Shown: in pieces, positions 47,724 through 55,637 of the stretch
Layout of the letters: each line of letters opens with the position of its first letter
Numbering within the stretch: position 1 is the stretch's first letter
Source: a virus
Taxonomy: Duplodnaviria > Caudoviricetes
Length of the DNA stretch: 58,423 nt
Virus record (IMG/VR): IMGVR_UViG_3300023174_000191
Location: 1-58,423 of that record
Reading direction: 5' to 3' (one strand)
The notes under the pieces: generated by a model
Told to the model about the DNA's origin: nothing
Databases searched by the model: none
Seen by the model: the letters and a program-made list of their open reading frames with translations, nothing else
Made by a program: the position numbers and the translations under genes

Positions 47724-47782
47724 TTTATTTTTTATTTAATATAAATATGCACCTAGCTATATTTTCAGGCGATTTTTTTATA

Positions 47783-48181
47783 TTATTTTAAATAATCTTG
47801 CACTGGTGCAGAATCATTTCTTTCCCATGGATAAATTATCCATTCATCACCTTCATGCAGTGAAGCATATATGGTAGGAGTTAAACAAGCAGTATGTGGT
47901 TTATGATGCAACACTGCGGTATAGCCTCCTATACAATTTTTTAATGTATGCCCCGTATCACAAATATCATCTATTACTAGAGTATTAGGTAACATAACAT
48001 TCGACCAGGTTAAACCTAATTTATGCGATACCATTACTGCCGGGATCAATCCACCTCTCACAAATCCAAATACAGAATCAATTTGAGGTTGTTCAGTTAT
48101 AATCTTTTCACAAAGTATATCAACTAAATCACTAACGTCATCCCAGCTTAAATAAATTTTATTATCTACTTTAAGAGCCAT
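47783..48181 (-). CDS. Type I phosphoribosyltransferase (Gpt/Hpt-like)
   Basis: G..RGGLIPA, LVIDDICDTGHTL PRPP-binding loop, WIIYPWE. Confidence 0.9.
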   Translation of the reverse strand: MALKVDNKIYLSWDDVSDLVDILCEKIITEQPQIDSVFGFVRGGLIPAVMVSHKLGLTWSNVMLPNTLVIDDICDTGHTLKNCIGGYTAVLHHKPHTACLTPTIYASLHEGDEWIIYPWERNDSAPVQDYLK

Positions 48182-48185
48182 GCAA

Positions 48186-48362
48186 TTAAACTAATTTAGA
48201 TTTTAAGACTTCCATTTCCTTTTCAATTCGTCTTCGATCAGAATCTGTTAAAGGAACTTTTACATCCTTAGTTTTCTTTTCAGTTTTTACTCCACTCTTT
48301 AATTGAGCTTCAAGCATATCTAATGCTCTCGATTGTCTCGAACGTTTTTGTACTGTTGCCAT
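48186..48362 (-). CDS. Small basic protein not in the ORF track (58 aa, MATVQKRSRQSRAL...)
   Basis: Manual translation; directly downstream of the promoter repeat at 48385-48424. Confidence 0.7.
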   Translation of the reverse strand: MATVQKRSRQSRALDMLEAQLKSGVKTEKKTKDVKVPLTDSDRRRIEKEMEVLKSKLV

Positions 48363-48512
48363 ATTGACTATTTAATTTTAATTACTTCATAAATATAAGA
48401 TAACCTTTTGGAGTATCCTAATCTTTAAATATTTTTTTACCGAAATATAAAAATACTCTTGCTACCACTACCCAAAGCACCATGCTTAAAGCAATCTTTA
48501 ATAAAACTTCTA

Positions 48513-48761
48513 TCATTTCAATTCTTTAGTTTTCTCAATGTTAATGTTAAATGTCTTTTCTGTATTACCTACTCCGACATTTGGATATACTGTTCCGTCA
48601 TTGACATCAACTGCATAATAAATCCATCTGTCTTGATCTCTGCCATGTTTACCACGCAATTCAGTTAATCTACTTAATTTAGGAGAACCTAAAAAATTTA
48701 CATACACTAATTGACCTATTTTGTATTTAGGCTTTTTCATTGGTGCTGGTTTCGAATCCAT
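48513..48761 (-). CDS. Hypothetical SH3-like small protein
   Basis: KYKIGQLVYV pattern; coupled to the ligase stop. Confidence 0.6.
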   Translation of the reverse strand: MDSKPAPMKKPKYKIGQLVYVNFLGSPKLSRLTELRGKHGRDQDRWIYYAVDVNDGTVYPNVGVGNTEKTFNINIEKTKELK

Positions 48762-50059
48762 TATACTGTTCTTTTAGTTCCGTGAATTACTTTTATTGTC
48801 GGGAAACGCAAACTCCAATTACCTGCCTGGTTTTGTGTCTCTTGAAAATACTTAACGGTAATAATCTTATCACACAACTCTTCAGGATGCTTTTTGAAAT
48901 ATTCTCTTTCAGCAATTGTAAATCCTGAACCTACTGACACTTCATTTCCCTTATGTTCAATAATCACATTGGTTAAAACTTCCTTGGTAATTTCCAATCC
49001 ATTTTCAATCATTCTAAAAGGGCCAAACTCTAAAGCTTTTACTTTATATTCAGCGTCTTTAAACGATTTACATTTAAGCATATTTTTACTACGCTTACCT
49101 TCATAACCAACATTTTTTCTTAAGATTAATCCTTCCCAACCTAAACGATCGGCTTCAGACATCATCTCAACATATCTTTCTTCAGTGGCAATTACTGTCT
49201 GAGTAACTACTTTTAAGTGATTATACCTAGAAGGGTCAAAAAAGATCTCTCCTAATCTAGCATATCTGCTTGAATATTTAAGAGTACCCGTTTTAGTTCT
49301 AAACTCATCTCCGGAAATAGTGTCAAAGATTAGGTATTTAGGATTGTCAATTTGATGGTCTTTCTTACGAATTTGCTTCATAATACCCTGGAAATCTTCA
49401 TCTCCATTGGCATTTACTAGACAAATTTCACCGTCAAATACCACATCACGCATACCTATAGAAGCTATTTCTTTCTCTACCTTTTCTAGGGTAAGAAATT
49501 GATTACCCTGTCTAGACCACAAAGTCACAGCTCCCATATCATCTACTACTGCTAAACATCTAACACCGTCTAACTTCCTAGAAGCAAAAAAAGTATCTTT
49601 GGCAAAGTCTACTTGCACCTTATCAAAATCGGTAGCCAAAGCACAGTCAAAGGTTGGAATTAAGTCAAGGAATACTTTATTAATTAAAGAGTCTCCCATT
49701 CTAATTTCTAAATCTTTACCTATTACTTTATAGATTAAATCTTTATACTTTTCATTGTCATAACAAAAATCATTGACTGAATTAATAGCCAAGTGTCCTG
49801 TGATTGATCTAGATTTCAAAGCATCTAACAATTCAAATAAATCACTATATTTAACAACCTTACCTAAATCATTGGAGTAATTCTTCTCTAAATTGTCAGG
49901 AGTTACATAATATTGAAATGTCGGATTATAAGTGTAATAAATTACTTTCTTAATAAACTCGTCGTCATATTTTGATAAAATATCTCGTTTGTCATTTGTG
50001 CTATTAGTCGAGTTCAACTCGTCTACCATTAACCTTAATAACTGAAAATCATTTTTCAT
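48761..50059 (-). CDS. ATP-dependent DNA ligase
   Basis: RKLDGVRC, SRQG, FDGEI, EGLILRK, LKCK, VGSGF, SLRFP. Confidence 0.95.
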   Translation of the reverse strand: MKNDFQLLRLMVDELNSTNSTNDKRDILSKYDDEFIKKVIYYTYNPTFQYYVTPDNLEKNYSNDLGKVVKYSDLFELLDALKSRSITGHLAINSVNDFCYDNEKYKDLIYKVIGKDLEIRMGDSLINKVFLDLIPTFDCALATDFDKVQVDFAKDTFFASRKLDGVRCLAVVDDMGAVTLWSRQGNQFLTLEKVEKEIASIGMRDVVFDGEICLVNANGDEDFQGIMKQIRKKDHQIDNPKYLIFDTISGDEFRTKTGTLKYSSRYARLGEIFFDPSRYNHLKVVTQTVIATEERYVEMMSEADRLGWEGLILRKNVGYEGKRSKNMLKCKSFKDAEYKVKALEFGPFRMIENGLEITKEVLTNVIIEHKGNEVSVGSGFTIAEREYFKKHPEELCDKIITVKYFQETQNQAGNWSLRFPTIKVIHGTKRTV

Positions 50060-50085
50060 ACGTCTTATTATTTAATTTCTATACA

Positions 50086-50119
50086 TAAAGATAAGAATAT
50101 ATTATGTAGAAACCTAATC
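50086..50119 (-). promoter_or_regulatory. Putative early promoter
   Basis: GATTAGGT-N16-CTTATCTTTA. Confidence 0.7.
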
Positions 50120-50123
50120 TTTT

Positions 50124-50612
50124 TTAAAGTATTTTATCTAAACTTTTACCTATTAAATTATAAGATGCTTTTTGACTATGCGGGTCTCCATATCCGATAG
50201 GAACTTCTATTATTTCAGCTCCTTGAGTTCGAAATTTCTGTAAATAATATCTATACACAGTTGTTCTAGATATTGATCTTACTCCGCCCCAGCCCCATGA
50301 ACCTTGCACTACATAAAATTTAGCGTTTGGAAATTTACGTTTAAGTGCTAGAAATAATTGCACTACATTACCTTGAAATCTATCATTAGTACCAATACTA
50401 ATCACTACATTTTTTATAGAAGGAGTAATTGGATAGTTATTAACCATTTTAGTTAATTCAGATGCGCCAATGCCGCCTTTCCATAAACCAGGAGCTCGTT
50501 CAGCTTTATGAGTCTGTGTATCAATATACGGTACCTGAGAGTCTCCAATGATAATGTTTTGTGAAAATACTGACATTGACACTAACATTAATATAAAATA
50601 GATTATTCTCAT
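50124..50612 (-). CDS. Secreted SGNH/GDSL-like hydrolase
   Basis: Signal peptide, IIGDSQ, VVISIGTND, C-terminal GDPH. Confidence 0.65.
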   Translation of the reverse strand: MRIIYFILMLVSMSVFSQNIIIGDSQVPYIDTQTHKAERAPGLWKGGIGASELTKMVNNYPITPSIKNVVISIGTNDRFQGNVVQLFLALKRKFPNAKFYVVQGSWGWGGVRSISRTTVYRYYLQKFRTQGAEIIEVPIGYGDPHSQKASYNLIGKSLDKIL

Positions 50613-50764
50613 ACTAATAATTTAATCAATGCTGAAATTCCAAATCCACAAAGTATACCTGCTACGAAATAGCTAAACGCAGGATTACCTCCTTTTTGTT
50701 TTGTTATATGTGCAGCCATTAAATTTAATGACATTAATCCAAATTGTGCTAATACTATTATCAT
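50609..50764 (-). CDS. Small two-TM membrane protein not in the ORF track (51 aa)
   Basis: Manual translation MIIVLAQFGLMSL...; ATGA overlap with the next gene. Confidence 0.55.
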   Translation of the reverse strand: MIIVLAQFGLMSLNLMAAHITKQKGGNPAFSYFVAGILCGFGISALIKLLV

Positions 50765-50784
50765 AATTTTTATTTTTAATTTAG

Positions 50785-50892
50785 TAGTCAGGACAGGAAT
50801 CGAACCTGTATGTTAATACCAAAGCTCCACGATATTAACCATTGCTTTATAGGAACTTTCTAATTAGCGTCTACCAATTCCGCCACCTGACT
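50785..50892 (-). ncRNA. tRNA-Leu-like element lacking a proper anticodon arm
   Basis: Intact acceptor AGTCAGG/CCTGACT, D arm GGCGGAATTGGTAGACGC and T arm; centre unpaired apart from a 9-bp extra arm. Confidence 0.7.
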
Positions 50893-51532
50893 ATTTTTCG
50901 TCTCTAGAATGTCTTTCTCTAGAATCTCTATTACTTAATAATTCTAAAACTTCATCTATATGGTAAGGTCTAAATTCAGAAGAACCGCACATTCCAACAT
51001 CCATTCTTCTGCCTTCTCCAAATCTAGCATCGCCTTTCAAATGCTGATGACCATGTAACATAAATGCTCCTCTTGGCATATTGTTCCAAGATACAATTGG
51101 GTAATGACAAAGAACAAATTTGTACTTTTCAGTACCGGTTTTTGCTTCTAGAGTCACATCTAGTTCCTCATAGTGAGCAACATGAGTGAAATGTTTTCTG
51201 ACATTGTCTTTGTTTTTTTCAATGTGATGATCGTGATTTCCTAAAATCAATACAATGTTTTTACATTTGATTTGAGAACGAAAAACTTCAATATTTTCAA
51301 TTCCTCCAAAAGAAAAATCTCCAAGGTGTATTAACCAATCATTTTCTCCAACACAATTATTAATGTTATCAACAATGTGTGCATTCATTGTTTCGAGGTC
51401 TGGAAAATTACGAGTAGCCTTAATAAACTCTTCTTCATCTCCTGTGTTCCATTTAGAAACTCCTCTACAAATATTGGTATGTCCAAAATGGGAATCGGAT
51501 GTAAACCAAATATTTTTTGCTACTATTTTCAT
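50891..51532 (-). CDS. Calcineurin-like metallophosphoesterase
   Basis: FTSDSHFGH, HLGDF, LGNHD, HYP, HGHQH, DVG. Confidence 0.92.
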   Translation of the reverse strand: MKIVAKNIWFTSDSHFGHTNICRGVSKWNTGDEEEFIKATRNFPDLETMNAHIVDNINNCVGENDWLIHLGDFSFGGIENIEVFRSQIKCKNIVLILGNHDHHIEKNKDNVRKHFTHVAHYEELDVTLEAKTGTEKYKFVLCHYPIVSWNNMPRGAFMLHGHQHLKGDARFGEGRRMDVGMCGSSEFRPYHIDEVLELLSNRDSRERHSRDEK

Positions 51533-51551
51533 ATATCTTATTATTAATACT

Positions 51552-51585
51552 TAAAGATAAGATATATTTTTATAATATCCTAATC
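51552..51585 (-). promoter_or_regulatory. Putative early promoter
   Basis: GATTAGGA-N16-CTTATCTTTA. Confidence 0.7.
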
Positions 51586-52179
51586 TTATTTAAGAAATTT
51601 TAGTATTTTTTCTTTTACTCCTTGCTGCTTGATTCCTTCAGTGGATGATGGAGTAAGTACAAAATTTGTTACTCCCCAAACTCTAGTAGATGGCACTGAA
51701 AAATCCAATACTTCAACAGCCATATTCAAATCATCTACTGCTACCCAATGAGTAATTTCGGGATGGTCTTTTACGAATTGTGCAATTTCCAAACTGCGCT
51801 CTTGCTCGTATTGTAAAGGTCTAAACCATTCAAATCCTTCAGGTTTATCACACCCGATAAAGGAAGGAGTAAATGCAATAGGACGTTTGATGATTCCTTG
51901 AGATTCGTAATAATCTCCTAGCTCCTCTAGGTTTGCATGCTTCTTCCAATCGGACGATACTACAATTTCAGCTCCTGTTTCTTCTAATATAGAATTTAGA
52001 ACTTTAACTGCTTTTTTATCAAAGTTGTCAAATCGAACATCTATAGGAGCAGACTTATACATTCTGTCCCACTCTGGGTTTGCTTTGTGATATTTTTGCA
52101 TTTTCTTACTTCTACCTCCCCAATTGTTGGAAAGGCAAATTACTCCGTCGTTGTCTAAAAATATTACTTTCATTACCAA
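51586..52179 (-). CDS. HAD-family phosphatase (Swiss Army Knife RNA-repair type)
   Basis: KVIFLDNDGV, IVVSSDW, R..EI, WVAVDD. Confidence 0.85.
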   Translation of the reverse strand: MVMKVIFLDNDGVICLSNNWGGRSKKMQKYHKANPEWDRMYKSAPIDVRFDNFDKKAVKVLNSILEETGAEIVVSSDWKKHANLEELGDYYESQGIIKRPIAFTPSFIGCDKPEGFEWFRPLQYEQERSLEIAQFVKDHPEITHWVAVDDLNMAVEVLDFSVPSTRVWGVTNFVLTPSSTEGIKQQGVKEKILKFLK

Positions 52180-52376
52180 GAATCTATATCTGTTAAATCT
52201 AATGTCAATTTTGTAAGGTCGTTATATACTTTGATAGTTTGCCCAATTCCACAATCAGAAACAGACCAGGTCATGTTTCCAACTTTGCCATATAATTTTT
52301 TAATGGTAGTACACCAATCTTCATATTGAGCTTGCTGCATATCATTAAGTTCTATTACGATTCTTGTATTTCCCAT
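52173..52376 (-). CDS. Hypothetical protein
   Basis: Coupled ORF ending LDLTDIDSW. Confidence 0.65.
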   Translation of the reverse strand: MGNTRIVIELNDMQQAQYEDWCTTIKKLYGKVGNMTWSVSDCGIGQTIKVYNDLTKLTLDLTDIDSW

Positions 52377-52609
52377 TGTTCTGCATTAGTTTTATCTCGA
52401 AGTACTTGACGCTGTTTTGAAATTAAAGTATCAAATTTAGTATCAATGTGATTTCTAATATACCAATCTAACCCATCTTGTTCTAATCTAACTAAATAAC
52501 GACGAATTAATTTTCTAACTACAGCATATTGTTTTGGATGATCAATTGATGATATAATTTTTTCAATCCACGATTCAATATCTGTAGGTGTATTACTCTC
52601 TGCTGCCAT
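52355..52609 (-). CDS. Hypothetical protein
   Basis: ORF downstream of the promoter motif at 52632-52641. Confidence 0.6.
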   Translation of the reverse strand: MAAESNTPTDIESWIEKIISSIDHPKQYAVVRKLIRRYLVRLEQDGLDWYIRNHIDTKFDTLISKQRQVLRDKTNAEQWEIQES

Positions 52610-52753
52610 AATTTTTATTTTTTAATTTAGATAAAGATAAGCAAAATTTTTGATATAACCAAGAAAATTCCGAACTATTTGCCATACAAAATTCAATTAA
52701 ATTATTGTGAGCAAAGTGGTCCGGACAGATCCCAATGATGTGTAATACTTCTG

Positions 52754-52972
52754 TCATAGTTCCATTTGCAACTTAAACACATTCATCATATCGTCATCTG
52801 TAAAACCGAAAAACTGTTCTGCATTTTCTTGAGTGTCATTTGCTAACATCCATAAATGGAATTGGATAGCAAACTCTTCTGCAATTTTAGCTGCAATTTG
52901 CACATCAACTTCAGACTTTTCGTCTGATAAATGACCTGTTAAGTTCTGTCTTAAAGTATCTTCTAATGTCAT
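52754..52972 (-). CDS. Hypothetical protein
   Basis: Coding-strand ORF. Confidence 0.6.
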   Translation of the reverse strand: MTLEDTLRQNLTGHLSDEKSEVDVQIAAKIAEEFAIQFHLWMLANDTQENAEQFFGFTDDDMMNVFKLQMEL

Positions 52973-52975
52973 AAT

Positions 52976-53380
52976 TTATACTGTATGTTCTATTTGAACT
53001 CGTACACAATTTTGAGGTAATCTATGCACGTGTCTGTAATTGTTAATATAACCCATCATGTTTGCACTACCAACTGCATTAGCAGAATGAATAACTACGT
53101 CTACAACTGGCTGACCATCTAACCATTGTTCAACTAACCATTTAGTACAATCCATTCCTGTTTTTTCAGTAATATTATCATAATTCAAAGTGTAATTATG
53201 ATACACATTCTTATGCCATTCTGCCATTGCTGAATCGCCTAAATCGTGATCAAGAGAGATTAAATCTATTTGATCTAAACCATGGAAAGTAACAGTATCA
53301 ACAAACTGCTCATAGTTTCTTACTACAATCCAATCTGGATCAACTGGTGTTCTTACGTCGTCTAAATATATTCTTTTCAT
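52976..53380 (-). CDS. Cyclic-phosphate-processing receiver-domain protein
   Basis: IYLDDVR.P, ISLDHDLGD, TG.DC.KWL, HSAN.VG signature. Confidence 0.85.
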   Translation of the reverse strand: MKRIYLDDVRTPVDPDWIVVRNYEQFVDTVTFHGLDQIDLISLDHDLGDSAMAEWHKNVYHNYTLNYDNITEKTGMDCTKWLVEQWLDGQPVVDVVIHSANAVGSANMMGYINNYRHVHRLPQNCVRVQIEHTV

Positions 53381-53434
53381 ACTATAAATTTAAGTTATTC
53401 TTTTGAATTAAACAAATAATTTAGCAGTTAATTT

Positions 53435-53845
53435 TTATAATCTTTGAATCTCTACTTGATTAGCAATTGCTTGTTTGAATTTAGTTGTTGACCATCCATG
53501 AGATCTTCCTATCCACCATATTGGAATGTACAAATCATCTCCTGTATATTTTTTATCTACATAGTCATCGCCAAGGAATCTGATATCCGGACGGAGTGCT
53601 TTGAGTAACGTATATAAGTCGTTTTCAGTTTCATATACATATACTCTATCAATGTATTTTATGGACTCTAAAATTTCTATCCTATCTAAATAATCTAAAA
53701 CAGGTTTACATTTTTCAGGACGTTCAATAGTAGGATCTATTTGTAGCAATACAACAAACTCATCACAATTTGTTTTACATTCTTTAAACATTTTAATGTA
53801 ACCTGGATGTATTACATCAAAATTACCTGCTACTACTCCTAACAT
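53435..53845 (-). CDS. Cytidylyltransferase (TagD/GCT-like)
   Basis: GNFDVIHPGY (HxGH variant), R.E.L.SIKYID, G.DY, RSHGWSTT. Confidence 0.85.
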   Translation of the reverse strand: MLGVVAGNFDVIHPGYIKMFKECKTNCDEFVVLLQIDPTIERPEKCKPVLDYLDRIEILESIKYIDRVYVYETENDLYTLLKALRPDIRFLGDDYVDKKYTGDDLYIPIWWIGRSHGWSTTKFKQAIANQVEIQRL

Positions 53846-53961
53846 ATTACTGAATATAAAAATTTGAATATGTTAAATGCTACTGTAAATATAACTGCCC
53901 ATACGATAATTACAGGCCAGTCCCAAGTTAATGGATTATTTGATTTATTATACTTTTTCAT
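53839..53961 (-). CDS. Small single-TM protein not in the ORF track (40 aa)
   Basis: Manual translation MKKYNKSNNPLTWDWPVIIVWAVIF...; fills the gap exactly. Confidence 0.5.
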   Translation of the reverse strand: MKKYNKSNNPLTWDWPVIIVWAVIFTVAFNIFKFLYSVIC

Positions 53962-53964
53962 AAC

Positions 53965-54537
53965 TTAATTTTTCGTATATGGAATTTTATATAAATCATA
54001 ATATTCACTCAATCCTCCTCCAAAGGGCATTAATTCATCAAGAGCTTTATTATATCTTTCTTCACCCATTGCTTGTATTAATAATTCAGTTCTTTCTTCG
54101 TGAGTATATTTTCTACCAATTTGTTCTTTGTCTTTAACATCCTTTTTCTCACTTATAAATTTTGATAACGACTCTGCAAAATTTGCATATTTGTCAGCAT
54201 ACATTTGTTTAATGTCTTCAGTTCTATTATCATCAATAAAAGTCTTATTAACAATATTTTCTATCTTTTTGTGAGTTTTCATGTCAATTGAATCAGGAGA
54301 TGAACTGAAAGGTATAAAAAAGATATCTTCATGTTCATACTTATCAAAAGTTAATTTTAGTTTAGCAGACCGAGTATATTTTTCAATTACACTAATTTTT
54401 ACTTTGCAATGTATCATCGGCCCTAACTTAACATACATTCTAGCTCCGTTTTCCATTGGTTTGAAAAGTTGCACTGTAATAGAATCCTGAATTATATTAT
54501 CAAGTATAAAGTCTACATATTTGTTTGTTATTCCCAT
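53965..54537 (-). CDS. Hypothetical protein
   Basis: Coding-strand ORF. Confidence 0.7.
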   Translation of the reverse strand: MGITNKYVDFILDNIIQDSITVQLFKPMENGARMYVKLGPMIHCKVKISVIEKYTRSAKLKLTFDKYEHEDIFFIPFSSSPDSIDMKTHKKIENIVNKTFIDDNRTEDIKQMYADKYANFAESLSKFISEKKDVKDKEQIGRKYTHEERTELLIQAMGEERYNKALDELMPFGGGLSEYYDLYKIPYTKN

Positions 54538-54716
54538 GATTGCATATTTTCTTCTATGTGATTGTAAATTAATTTCATTACCCAGGCATTTTCAAATTCA
54601 TACATACCACATACAAGACAAGCATCTTCTTCAGTATCATAATAGTTAATTTTACCGTCTTTGTCCTTCATGAAATCCATATTTCTAAGGTCTATGATTA
54701 CATACTGGTCTTTCAT
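54528..54716 (-). CDS. Hypothetical protein
   Basis: Coupled ORF. Confidence 0.6.
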   Translation of the reverse strand: MKDQYVIIDLRNMDFMKDKDGKINYYDTEEDACLVCGMYEFENAWVMKLIYNHIEENMQSWE

Positions 54717-55090
54717 TTTTTATTCAATTTTGTTTCTAATCCATTTATAACATATATTGCTGTCTTGTAATTTGTTGCTAATGGAATGTTATATACATTA
54801 CAAATTCTTAACAACATATGTACATCTACCTGGTGTGGATGAACATCTAAAGGATCGATAAAGAAAATAACTCCGTCAACCTTACCGTCTGCTATAAAAG
54901 AAGCAATTTGAGCATCACCTCCTAATGGCCCTGACTTCAAGCATTGTACTTTTAGACCTGCATGCTCAATATGTTTTCCTGTAGTACCTGTAGCGATTAT
55001 TTCAACCCTGCTGAAAAAGTCTAATCTTTTCATTATGAAAGCTACCATATCTGCTTTCTTACCATCATGTGCTATAACTGCTATTTTCAT
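54713..55090 (-). CDS. mgsA: Methylglyoxal synthase
   Basis: IAVIAHD.KK, ATGTTG, SGPLGGDAQI, FFIDPL...PH..DV..LLRIC.VYNIPLATN. Confidence 0.95.
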   Translation of the reverse strand: MKIAVIAHDGKKADMVAFIMKRLDFFSRVEIIATGTTGKHIEHAGLKVQCLKSGPLGGDAQIASFIADGKVDGVIFFIDPLDVHPHQVDVHMLLRICNVYNIPLATNYKTAIYVINGLETKLNKK

Positions 55091-55091
55091 A

Positions 55092-55304
55092 TTAATTTTG
55101 ATTAGTTCTATTGAAAATAATATTCATTACAGCAAAAAGAATAACTATTGGCCAAAATGCAATTACTATAATTCTTTCTGTATTAGTGAAAGCATAATCA
55201 TTATTAGAATTAGTTTTAGTTTTTTGCATCCAATGTGACATTGAATCTACTAAAAACATTAGAACAGCTCCTATAAATAGGTAATTAACAATTATCATCA
55301 TCAT
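55092..55304 (-). CDS. Small two-TM membrane protein
   Basis: Two hydrophobic segments, FWP motif. Confidence 0.6.
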   Translation of the reverse strand: MMMIIVNYLFIGAVLMFLVDSMSHWMQKTKTNSNNDYAFTNTERIIVIAFWPIVILFAVMNIIFNRTNQN

Positions 55305-55548
55305 ACTTTTTTATTAAATTATCAATTTCTTTTTCAATCTCATAAGAATCAATATCGTGAGGTTCACAATAAAATCTTGACATATTAAACTTCAACTTGA
55401 TTTGACTGTACTTAAATCCTGGCACTTGTATCAGTTCTTGAAACTTCTTATCAAGATAGTCGACTACTGAAGGAATGTTAATTGCCAGTCCATAATGGCC
55501 TTTTTCTAAATAATCTTCATACTTTTTGTTAAATTCGAAATTTGTCAT
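55285..55548 (-). CDS. Hypothetical protein
   Basis: QIKLKF..RFY motif; coding-strand ORF. Confidence 0.65.
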   Translation of the reverse strand: MTNFEFNKKYEDYLEKGHYGLAINIPSVVDYLDKKFQELIQVPGFKYSQIKLKFNMSRFYCEPHDIDSYEIEKEIDNLIKKYDDDNC

Positions 55549-55563
55549 ACTTTTTTAATTTTG

Positions 55564-55637
55564 GAACCGGTAAGGGATTCGAACCCTTATCTAGGCAGAT
55601 CTATGCCACCCATGTTACCAATTACACTAACCGATTC
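55564..55637 (-). tRNA. Orphan atypical tRNA-like gene (loop CATAGAT, nominal anticodon TAG, G-1:C73)
   Basis: Good acceptor, D and T arms; weak anticodon stem; A at position 33. Confidence 0.6.

Noticed and set aside
52593-52757. Possible small ORF MTEVLHIIGICPDH...
   Set aside because: It has an ATGA overlap with the upstream gene but runs through a promoter and into the next gene; support is too weak to list.
41241-55637. Stop-codon recoding, suppressor tRNAs or tRNA-linked theta ribozymes
   Set aside because: No CTA/TCA/TTA anticodons, long genes are intact in the standard code and end in TAA, TAG or TGA, and tRNA 3' trailers show no HDV-like fold by eye.
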